Of a stretch of DNA of 64,000 nt, positions 13,981 through 24,700 are shown piece by piece. Within the stretch, counting starts at the first letter, position 1; each line of letters begins with the position of its first letter. A program made the position numbers and the translations under genes. Under the pieces are notes generated by a model. That model did no database searches. It had not been told where the DNA came from and worked only from the letters and a program-made list of their open reading frames with translations. The stretch is from contig CM060732.1 in the NCBI GenBank assembly GCA_030704615.1, positions 68,944,001-69,008,000 of the forward strand. The letters run 5' to 3'. The stretch is from Takakia lepidozioides. Lineage: Eukaryota; Plantae; Bryophyta.

Positions 13981-14450
13981 TCCTTCTGAGTTTGCACATA
14001 TCTTCTTTCCCTGCCCTATCCTCACACAAACCTCCTACTCTTTTGTTCTGCTGGCAGATTGTGGGCATGTATAGCTGCAATGGAAATTCGTGCATCAAAC
14101 AACAAATTGTACCCTATGCAAACACAAACTTCTTCAGGTGGACCAGACATCCACACAATTGCAACTTATAATGGTATGCAACATATGTGGGCAAGGTACA
14201 AACACAATTCAATATGGAAGGTGAACGCACAGTGCCGAGGTGTGGACGCGTTTGGAAGGCATGGATAGAACTGCTGTACGAGGAAATGCACGATGAGGGT
14301 AGCAAAATCCTGGATTTGGGTGGCAGTGTATGTGACGACGTGGCATATATCCCAACATCCATCCTTTTTTCAGATTTGCCATTTGAAATTTGAATAGATG
14401 TCATAATGATTTTTGAAAGAGGGCATGATGTATGCTTGGGATACCATGTA

Positions 14451-14663
14451 GCATGGGGAGGATGAAGGCATGCATGGGGGATGGAGGGCGATGCCACGCA
14501 TGAGGGCAGGAGGTCTCATGTCCTGGCAGCGGGACATGAGGCACGGGAGGGCGTGCCGCGCGGTGCGTGGGCGATGGAGGCAGGGGTGGGCGTGGGGGTG
14601 GTGGTCCACGCTGGCTGAACCGGCTCCTGCGCATTCAATTCCGGTGCCCATGTAATGCTTGGC
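14451..14663 (-). repeat. Right TIR of Pack-MULE
   Basis: Reverse complement of 7122-7381 with small indels. Confidence 0.88.
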
Positions 14664-14680
14664 GTATGTGAATACACCCT

Positions 14681-14816
14681 TGAGGTAATCCCGGGTTCAA
14701 TCCTTTCAATATGTGCCTTCAAACCGTCCATTGGCCCCTCGATGGGCTGTGTGTTGAGCAGTAGGCTTTGTAAATTTACTAGACGTTAAAGAAACTTTAT
14801 CTTTATCTTTATCTTT
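14681..14816 (+). mobile_element. tRNA-derived SINE, 5'-truncated copy
   Basis: B-box GGTTCAATCC, body homologous to 29374-29549 (reverse complement), and a (TTTATC)n tail. Confidence 0.7.
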
Positions 14817-15202
14817 CTAATTCCTTTTGGTAAATACGTGCACAATAACATTACATAGTGCCTTGTCCAGAAATTCCCTAAATGATGTTTACATGATTGC
14901 GCATTTGGCCTTTTTTTCAGCCCCTTGCACTTTGGAGGCTCCAGGTTCCCTATTGTGCACCATTTACCTGCAGGGTCTACTTCCATCCATTGTCATCCAC
15001 AAAAATTACTCTTGGATGAAATCTGTTGATTCGGTCGCCTCGATAGCAGCCCTGGAAATAATGGGCGATTTTTGTTTTTTCGATTTTATTACCAATTACG
15101 GTAGTGGTGATAAAATGGCGATAGGTAGGGCAGGAGCATGGCGATAGTGTGCTGGCCGCTGCTGCCGGCCATGACCTAAACCTAGCCACCCTGGGTGCAC
15201 GC

Positions 15203-15210
15203 AACCCTAG
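15203..15210 (+). promoter_or_regulatory. Telo-box-like element in nucleolin promoter/5' UTR
   Basis: AACCCTAG, plus an imperfect AAACCTAG at ~15178, upstream of a ribosome-biogenesis gene. Telo-boxes are typical of such plant genes. Confidence 0.35.
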
Positions 15211-16055
15211 CCACCCTCGCAGACTTTGCTACTAGACTGGGGCAGCCTTGCTGCGCACCATCTCTACTCTGCCGCTCGCTGCTGCATCCCTCTTTGCTTT
15301 CGTCTGCGAGATCGTCTGGCTGCTGTCTTGACATACTGAGGCCTAGGAGTGTTTGCAGGGGTATGTACTCTCCTCCCTCACTGTCTCTGTTTTTGCTGCA
15401 AACGTTTTGGCTTTCACCTACAGATGCTTTGTTGTCTTTGCGTCCGTCTGGACACCCTCCTCCATTGGTTCACACCGCGACAGAGGGGCTCGATCACTGG
15501 TCATGTGTGCTGTAGAGGCCTTGCCTCTGCGGTGGATTCATTTGAATGTGCCGACGTCGTTCTTGCGGTATACGGGTCACAGCTTCCCCCTCACTGTCCT
15601 TTTGCAACTGGTTGTGACTGCCTTTCTGTAGACGTAAAAGTTGATACTAAATGAAATTTTCACCTTAAACCCTGAACCCTTCTGATTTGTCTGAGGTTTT
15701 TTCTACAGTAGGTTATGTTTGGTAGTAGTACGTTAGGTTGGTCCAGTTGTGCCGGAGAATTTTGTATGATTGTGTCTCAGTTCACGCTTCAGCAGTCCCG
15801 GAAGCCACATATATTCATAGTGCCTGTGGATACATGGGTCTAAGTCAGATAGGCACAAAGAGCCAACATATTTCGTAGCAAGGAAAGTTATGACCTGTCG
15901 GTGAGCTAACTGTTCAAACTTAGCTTCACCTAGAAGCCCCTAACCCTTCCGTGTAACATTGCTTCATCCCGGGCGACTGGTAATCTGAGGTTGTGGTTCG
16001 GTTCAGTTGTCTTCTCTGTCGCCCTGTCTTTCTTCTTTCTGTCTGTCTTTCTTCT

Positions 16056-16212
16056 GGAGGAAGTCTGATGTAGTCACGCTTCCTTCAACTGCTCCTGGAT
16101 CCTTCTGTATTCCGGACATGTCATTGTCTTTCTAAGCTTCGGAGTGATGACATTCTTCTCTAGCACATCAGTCTTAGACCTTGGTGAAACCATGAGAACG
16201 GATTAGACAACA
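16056..16212 (+). ncRNA. Candidate intronic H/ACA snoRNA resembling the 3' hairpin of snR30/U17
   Basis: Lies in the inferred 5'-UTR intron (donor GTATGT 15361, acceptor TTGCAG 16448). Basal stem GATCCTTCT/AGAACGGATT encloses TATTCC (16108-16113) and AAACCAT (16187-16193), followed by AG-ACA-NNN (ACA 16207-16209). No clean H box found. Confidence 0.4.
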
Positions 16213-16492
16213 AACTCGCCTCACTGGAAGCGGACCCTGAAGACAGTCGGACCTCAGCGAATTTGTCCGTTGTCCATTCTGCTTCCCATCTTACACTTCT
16301 GTTTAGGTCTCGTTTCTAAATGTTGCCTTTGTTTTTCTGTATTATGTTTGGGAACACGATTTGGCTTCAGAGCATTTCCAACCTTGTAATACTCATGACA
16401 GGATTTTTGACCTCACACTGCAATGATTTATATTTTCAGTTCTTGCAGGGTTGTCTTTCTGTGCTCTTTCTCCCAGAGTGGTGCTTTTAGAC

Positions 16493-19400
16493 ATGGGCAA
16501 GTCAAAGAAGAAAACTGCTGAGGTCTGACTCCATTACTTCTCCTTCCGAACCTCATTCTGTGCTGTAGAGCCTATTTATGGATGTTGGGTTATTGTTATG
16601 GATTATAGGCAGAGGCAATGATTCGTTGTATCTTAGCTCTCCCCAGTTGAGGGTTTCTGAACAGTCATTTGCTCTCTGAACTGTAGGCTGTGGTTGTGGC
16701 ACAAACCCCTGCGAAGATTGAAAAGAAGAAGTCAGGTGCTCTTCTCATCCCAGAACCCACTTTATAGGTTGGTAATCGGGAAGAAGAAAAGTTCTATCAA
16801 TAAATTCCAACTTTGCTGCTTCATGTGGAAACTATGTTTTTCTGGATCAAGTGTCCTGATTCACTTCCGAAATGCAGGGAAAAGAGCATTGGAAGAGGCA
16901 GTAGCTGCTGCACCACCTTCAAAGAAAAGTAAACCTGCCAAGGTTCCAGTGCCCCCACCTAAGAAAGTTGAGTCTAGCGAGGAGGAGTCCTCAGAATCAG
17001 AGGTGGAGGAAGAGGTATTGTTGCAACATTGCTTCCACTTTCTCACCATTTTCTCTCAAAACCTTGAGAGTTGTTTTGAGAGCAAGCATTGTTTCCTAGT
17101 TTGTCTGTTTATAACTAGGATAGTTTTTGTCTTGCAGGCTGTTACTGTATTTTTTGGAAATTGTCCTTGGCTGTAAGAAATAATTATGATTTAAGATTTG
17201 TTCAATTTTTTGCAGGTGCCAAAGGTAGTGTCCAAAGTAGCCCCTGCCAAGAAACCTGCTGCACCAGAGAGCAGTGACGAGGAGTCAGATGATGAGGTGA
17301 ATCACAATATCCCCTAAAGTTGCATGTGTCATTTGCTTTACAAAGAAGGAATGTTTCTCAATGGGTTGCTCTCTACTTGTGACCCAGGTTTGAGTATCAA
17401 AGTGTTGCTGTTGGTGGACATCAGTTTGTCTTTTTTTTGGTTTATGTTTTCCCTTTTTGGGTACTAGTGCGATGATGGTAGTTCCAAGATTGTATCGGTG
17501 AGCAGGAAATGGTACCTGTCAAGAATGGGAAGGCTGCCCCTCAGGAAAGTTCAGATGAGGATGAATCTGAGGAAGAGATTAAGGTATCACTTTTGCCCCT
17601 ACAGCAATTTATTTCATCTTGAAAAGTGCTTTCTTCTTGTAGCTCCTTTTCTCCTTATGGTGGCTTGCTGATGATTCAGAGATTGCTGTGGTAATGGCTG
17701 TCTAGATTTACTTGATATATAAGCTGATGTTACTCTGTCTGGAGTAGTAAACTTCATTCAGGTTGTGACCCAGAAGTAGTAATGGAAGAAAATATCTGTC
17801 CTACCATATGAAGTTTTTTGAATTGGGCAGTTTGTAAAGAATAGATATGAACTAGTTGGAGGGTGGAGAACTTCCTGGCTAATAGTGTAACCTGCTATTG
17901 GAATGCAGCCCGCTGTCAAAGCGGTTAAGGCACCTGCCAAAAAGGAAGAAAGTAGTTCAGAAGAAAGTGATGAAGAAAGTGATGAAGAAGAAGTGGTAGG
18001 AAGTACATCACTCCTAACTTTGTATATGTTAGCCAACATAGGCAGCTTTCGGATTTATTTGTCTTTTTAGGTTTGGTGCTCTTTGGATGCTGTGAGATTT
18101 ACTTGTTTTCTTCATCTTTGTGGTCCTGATTGCTGATGCTCTATGGCTATCGCATGTTCAGTGTCCTTGACTAAAGGTGGAATAATGAAAATACTGGTAG
18201 CTGTGTTTGGGTCGGTGAAAGCTATTTATACTCTTAATGCAAGTTAGGTCCCTGCCAAGGTTCTTCCTTCCAAGGTGGAAGAAAGTGACGACGAAGAGGA
18301 AAGCAGTGAAGAGGAAAGTGAGGATGAAAAGGTAATCGCCTTACTTGCTCAGTTGCCATTGATGTTCTGCAATGCCCTTAGAACAGGTTGCTAATGCATG
18401 TGGGAGTTTCATGCCCAGGCTCCTGATTGGTTGCGGTGTGCGTAGCTGTTTAAGGCTCACCAGATGTATCTCAGTGAGAGTTCTGTTGGCGAAGTGGTTT
18501 CTGTTTGTGAAACATTGTGGTCCTATTTGCAGCCTGTGAAGAATGGTGTCAAACCTGCTGCCAAAGTCAAAGCAGTCAATGATGATGAAGATGATGAAGA
18601 GGACGATGACGACGAGAGTGAGGAGGATACGAAGGTAGTGCCCTGATGCTTTAAATTTATTACTGTGGAAAGTCTGACTTGTGTACAGAATATAGAAGAG
18701 TTTAATCTGATAAAGTTTAATTTGTTGTGTCACTGTGATTTAAACTGGGGATCAGTGAACTCGTATTCAAATCTGTGAGTATGGTACCGTCTAGCTGCTT
18801 ATAGTGTGGGCATATTATTTTGACTCTTAATGTGTTTGTGTTGTTGTTTTCCATGAATGCTTCTTGATGGATGTGTAAGGCTTTTACCTACCTAAGGTTG
18901 TTACAGTAACAACACTTTGTGCAGCCCAAGAAATTTGGTGCCGAATCTGATGATGATCATGATGAAGAGGATGACGGAGAGGATACTTGTTTAAGGCACA
19001 CCAGATGTATGAGTGAGAGAGACAGTTTCTGGCCTGTTGAAATATTCTGGTGCTAAAACTTCTTTTGCCAATTTGCAGCCTGTGAAGAATGGTGTCAAAC
19101 CTTCTGCCAATGCCAAAGCAGGGAAGGATGAAGAAGATGAGGAGGATAACGATGAGAGTGAAGAGGATACCAAGGTAGTGTGATGATGCCTAAGAAAAAC
19201 TGTCTGGCTGTATACTGATTATTGCCAAATATGTAAAAGGTACATTTTCTGGGGGTCGATCTAAACTATCATGATGATTGCAGTGATGAATAATCCAATG
19301 AGGAAACCGGTTAGCATAGTACTGTTTAGCAGTTTACTGTCACTTTCATTGTTGACTCTTGGGTGGATGGGTGTTTTCAAGCATTTAGATCTACATTCAA

Positions 19401-22334
19401 TTGTGCCAATAACAACACTTCTGTGTGCAGCCCAAGAAAGCTGATGCTGAATCTGATGATGATGATGATGGTGAGGAGGAGGATGACGAAGAAGAGGATA
19501 AGCCTGTAAAGGAAGAGGTGGGCTTTTGTGTTGACATCAACATCTTCTGCTGCTAGTGTACGCTGTTGTAATGTGTCAGTTTTGTTGCTGTTAGAGGATT
19601 TGTATGAGGGCCTTTGTTTGAGATAAATGTACTGAAACATGCAGGCCAAAACACCCTCAAAAGGATCAGAAGGAAGTGGAGGCAGCAAGACTATTTTCGT
19701 GAAGAACTTGGCGTGGGCAGCGGATGAAGACGTCATGTGAGTCATTTCATTATTGGAAAGGTGCAACAAAAGATACTTGAGTAGTTGTGACTGAAACATC
19801 TTAAGCGCTGTAAGGCTTCCACAGTCTTAATATTAGGTCCAGCACGTGCTGGCCTTTGGATAACACTCCCAGATGTTGTACCTGTGCTGTGGTTCAATTG
19901 CAGATTCGAATTCTTCAAAGATGCAGGAACTGTGTCTGATGTAAGGATCGCTCAAGATGAGAATGGCCGCTCTCGTGGATTTGGTCATGTAGAGTTCGAA
20001 ACCGAAGCAGGTGCTAAGAAGGTTAGTTTCTTATGAGTGATTTAAACTCAATGCAAGGTTGTCTGTACCTGGGATGGTACAGAGAGTGGTATTCAGTGCC
20101 CCAGGGATTTGGTCATGTAGAATTCAAAACCGAAGCAGGCCCTAAGAAGGTTTGTTCCTTGTGGAATCTGTGAACCCAGTGCAAGGTTGTCTGTATATTG
20201 GATGGTACAGAGAGTGGTATTCACTGCCGCAGGGATTTCTGCAGGTCACTAATATAGTATATGCAATGCAGGCTCTTAAAAAGAGTGGTAACATGCTGGA
20301 AGGGAGAGAAATATTTTGTGACCTTGCACGTGAGCGCGGATCAGCTCCTCCAAGTGGTGGAAAGCAAGATTGGAACTCACCTGCGTATGTTAGCCCTCCT
20401 CTGTAGCCTTACCTGCATGCTTAGTTGGCTTGAACAATACCATCTCTGTGGGAGGAACTTCTGATCACTTCCAAGGCATTACAGGTGGGTGGGTATGTCC
20501 TCAATTGACAGACTCATCTGCTGTCTTGCTCCAAAGATTGCTGGGGTGGAAGAAAAAGCGCATTGCATAGTGGTTTTTTTTTACAGATTGTTTGTAGTCT
20601 TATCCTTCCACATTCTGCAAGACTGAAAACATCCTGATTTACTTTGAACGAGTGGACTATACTCATAAGTCGACCCCATTTTGTAGTGGATGATTTTGAG
20701 GCAGAATCGTTCTGTGGAGAGGATGGTTTCTCAAGTGCTTTGAGTAATGGTTCGCAGGACTAATGGAGGTCAGGGGACCCCAAGGCCAGGTTCTGACAGA
20801 ACTGCGTATGTTAGAGGATTTGATAAATATCAGGATGAAGACACAGTGAGTGCCATCTATTTGTCTACTTGTTTTGTCTTGAATCCTCAAACTCTGCTGT
20901 TTGTTCACTGGCTAATTTCGGAATTACCTACAGAGCAGGGTTTTTTTTTCCTTTCCGTTCGTCTATATCCAAATTTTATTTATTTTGGTTTGTGGAAGAG
21001 TGAGTCAGTGATGTCAAAAATGTTGTTTCTTTGCCCTATGCAATGTTTTGTTCCACAATGATTGCTTGTTGGGTTATATAAGTTGTGAGATTATCGATTG
21101 TCATAGACTGGTTGGTATGGACGTGTCCCTGAACTCTTTGTTAGAAAGATTTGGTGAGCCTGGTTCATGTGGAACATCTGTTGTTGTATCAGATCCGAAA
21201 TGGGCTGAGTGAGTTCTTCGGTGAATGTGGTGAAGTTGTTAATATTCGAATTCCAACAGACAGGGAGACTGGAGATATCAAGGGGTGAGCATCATACCCA
21301 TCTCCAGTTTGTCTGTGACACATTACTTATACATTTCTTCAATGGAAAACTGCTACCATGTCCATCAATTTCACGTGATTTGCTTTGTTGGTGTAGGTTT
21401 GCTTATGTGGAGTTCGGAAGCAAGGACTCCTTGTCCAAAGCGGCGGAGTTGGATGGTTCAGACTATGCGGGGCGCTCACTGGTGGTAAATGAAGCTAATC
21501 AGCCAGGTAGTGCTGGAGGCGGGAGTGGTCGCGGTGGTGGACGGGGTGGTTTTGGTGGAGGTCGCAGTGGTGGTGGACGTGGTGGTGGTTTTGGTGGTGG
21601 CTTTGGTGGTCGTGGAGGGGGTCGCGGAGGTGATCGTGGTGCGTCTCTTTCTTGCCCTTAGTCTTCCTGAAGGTTATGTCTGATGTCTATTGTTCTCATG
21701 GTTTATTGTTGTGTCTGATGGCGCCCTCAAAATCTTGTGGTTGTGGTGGGCTTAGGCCTTAGGGTGCCAATTCCCATTTTGTCAATTTGGATCTGTGTAA
21801 GCAATCTCGTTCTGCTCTTGCAAAGCGTTGTGCTTCTCCTTTCTGCTTGAGTTGTCAGTGTCGACAGCCTAATGGCTAATTTATTTGCGTTTCCCATGTT
21901 GTAAGGCCGTATGGATGGTCGTATGTCTTATGGAAACTGTTTGTGAAAAGGGAGGGGAGGGCGGGGAGGACGGGGTGGCCGAAGTGATTTTGGGGGTCGT
22001 GGAGGACGAGGAGGAGGCAGGAAAAGTATTGTCGGAACAGGTATGACAATATTCCCCTGCTTTTTCTGGACTGATAGTGAAATACATATGTTCTTGTATT
22101 CAGACCTTAGCCTAGTTGTATATATTTGTATCTATGATCTTGGGTGTGTATCATAACCTTGTACTGATCTAAACTGTGAAGCTTTTCCAGTCTACTGGTA
22201 AAACGTTTTCGTTTTCAAGTTGGAACACCTTTTGGTGCACTTGTGAATCACAACAGAGTTGGACTCTCGTCCTGAAAATGATTTTGTTGGGTTCTCTTGG
22301 TGCAGGGAAGAAAATGACATTTGGGGATGACTGA
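16493..22334 (+). CDS. NUC1: Nucleolin (multi-exon: acidic N-terminal repeats, two RRMs, GAR domain)
   Basis: Exon 1 MGKSKKKTAE, then many short E/D/S-rich exons with GT-AG borders. RRM1 SKTIFVKNLAW...RSRGFGHVEF; RRM2 RTAYVRGFDKYQDED...IRIPTDRETGDIKGFAYVEF. RGG-rich exons. Last exon GKKMTFGDD* (22306-22334). Confidence 0.95.
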
Positions 22335-23429
22335 GGTGGTTCGGTAAGCATTTACGTGTGTTCCTCTATAATCTTAATTAGATGAGGTGCACATTGACTC
22401 AGTAAATGCCAGGTACATGCGGGAGGGATGGTTCTGGTAAGTTGAGTAGGTGGTAGTACACATAATTTTTGAATGCGTTTATATGTCGAGGTGGGTGGGT
22501 GTCATGAGACTTCCAGTTGTGATCCAATTTCCTTACTCTTTTGTATGTTCTATCAAGGTCAATGCCAACCAAGGTTTGATTGTAAGTGATAATCTTTCCC
22601 TAACCTGAGAACTCTGAAATGTGTCATCCCTCTTTTTGTACTCCTTTTGAAATGAAGTTAGTCCTGTAAATGGCCTGTGCAATGTTGCTTACATGCTGCA
22701 ATGCAAAAGGGGTTTTGTTAAATTACTTTATGGGTTTGAAACTTGGTCTAACTGTAGAGGTTGATTACCAGTGTAGCGCGGAGGCCTGTAATGATTTACT
22801 CTGGTGAGCTGTTGGACAGAAAAAGGTTTCCATGAAGTCAGATGTAGGAATGATAGTACCGAACTGTAAGATAGAGGGTCTATACACACGTTTATATAGA
22901 AGCTGGCCGTTGGTGGCTTGTATGCCGGATGCTGAAGTCTGTCAGCCTTCCGTTCCGTCAAATGATCCGTCAAATGATCGCTGCGAAGACTACTGCCAAA
23001 CAGAACATGAGGGGAAAGGAATTCAGCTACTCCCTGTGTTGCAATGATTTTGTTAAACACAGATGATGAAGCGGCCTAATAATACCTTGCAATTCTTCAT
23101 ATAAAATCCGTAGGCGTTTGAAAAAAATGTCACGTTTTCTTCCTGTTATGCTGTCATCCACTCTTCTCCTGTCATGTTTTCTTCCATATTATTATTCAGC
23201 AGCGCTCCTGTGTTTCCTGGTCAGACGTGCAGGGAGCAACGAGTTTGACTGTTGGGAAGAGCCACCTTGGAGCAGTCTGACGCACAAGCAAATCATTATA
23301 CACTTTACACCAGTTGACAGTTATACTCCATTTTATTGTGCTTAATCTTTTGTTAAAAGAAAAAAAATGTGGATGGAGGCCCAGTTGAAACACCTGGGAG
23401 CGACAGCTCACCAATCAGGTCCCTTAATT

Positions 23430-23585
23430 ATAGTGAGAGGAAAAATTAACCTCTTTCAGAGTAACCTAGCAGTGAAGGCTTTCCGCCCAAGGGAAGGGGG
23501 ATAAGAATATACCACTGCCATCAAGGATTCGACCCCAGAATCATTTGGGTGGCACTGAGTGCACTATTTTACTGACCTACAAACT
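23430..23585 (-). mobile_element. Possible degenerate tRNA-derived SINE
   Basis: Minus strand has an A-box-like TAGGTCAGTAAA and a B-box-like GGGGTCGAATCC at tRNA-like spacing. No second copy in the window. Confidence 0.3.
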
Positions 23586-24700
23586 GTTGATATTGCCGTT
23601 CAAATAACGACGGTAACAAACCCATGGCGAATTTTTGTAGGTGACCCACGAATATGGCAACCCACAGTTGGAACTATCTAATTTCATGAATTTAACACAG
23701 TTTTAAGATTTCAAAATTGAACTAATCAGAGTGCTTGTCTGCCCTATGATCAATCGCACTTTTTAGGGTTCTATCAAAGAAGTGCTTGCGAAGTGGCAAT
23801 AATGGACGTTCTGCAGAAGCGTTATGGGGTCATAGATGGGTCATAGATGCTTGTTTGGTCTTACCCTGGTCTTTTGATCTTCATACATAGGCTCCTTTGT
23901 GTGACGATGCTTCAACGCCAATTGGAGTAAACTCTATTTTGGCAGGCTATTCATCTGTGAAGAGATTACATGTCGGATGAGTTGGATTTTGACAATATGC
24001 CAAGAGATAATACAACAAAAGGTGTTCCACAAAAACTTTGAATTCCCTGCGCGCTAAGTCTCTTAATCCGCTCTCAGATGTCTATAGCCTAATACAGTCA
24101 AAGATGCATGGGGTTGGTTTTGGTGCTTGGCCACCATGTCCATACATCAAAGAAATTGTGATTGTTAAGTACCATTCCAATGCAATGGGTCCATCCTATT
24201 TAGATACAAAGAGAACACTAAAACAGAGTACCAGATGAAAATCATCTAGCATTCTCTATTACATCATCTAGCACTATTGTAAGCAATTCGCACGTTGAAG
24301 GCACATACAAAGATGATGTACACTCGGAGAAGTGAGACAATATTTCCCAAAACCAGCGGGCTCCAAAGTAAAAGCTGGCCTTAATAATTCCAAGACAGAA
24401 CACAAATGTCTGGTTGTCTTAACTTCGAAGTATAATCTCTTGTGTAAAACCTGAGGGTGGCAAGTTACATCTCAATAATGCCAGAAGAGAATGAGTGAAG
24501 ACATACAGCTGAGAGTTATCCTACTGTCAATCAGATGGTGATAACTTCCCAACTGACAATGTCTTAGAGGAGATAAATATAGCATCTCCCAGAAGACTAA
24601 AATCATCATGAACTTCAACTCACAAATGAGAAGAAACAATACTAAACAGCAGTGAACGCCAGTGTAAACAACCTTTTCACTCTGTGCCTGCCATACTTTC

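Larger units (their letters stand above)
7122..14663. mobile_element. Pack-MULE (non-autonomous Mutator-like element) carrying PPR gene copies
   Basis: Long GC-rich TIRs starting GCCAAGCATT (7122) and ending AATGCTTGGC (14663). Both ends are flanked by an exact 9-bp TSD, GTATGTGAA (7113-7121 and 14664-14672). The interior holds host-gene fragments and no recognisable MULE transposase. Confidence 0.88.

Noticed and set aside
16098-16240. U13-like C/D snoRNA (ATCCTTCTGTA...GTGATGA...CTGA)
   Set aside because: The second 18S-complementary element (CCTTGTTACGA) is absent, the C box is buried in a stem, and there is no terminal stem. The H/ACA reading fits better.
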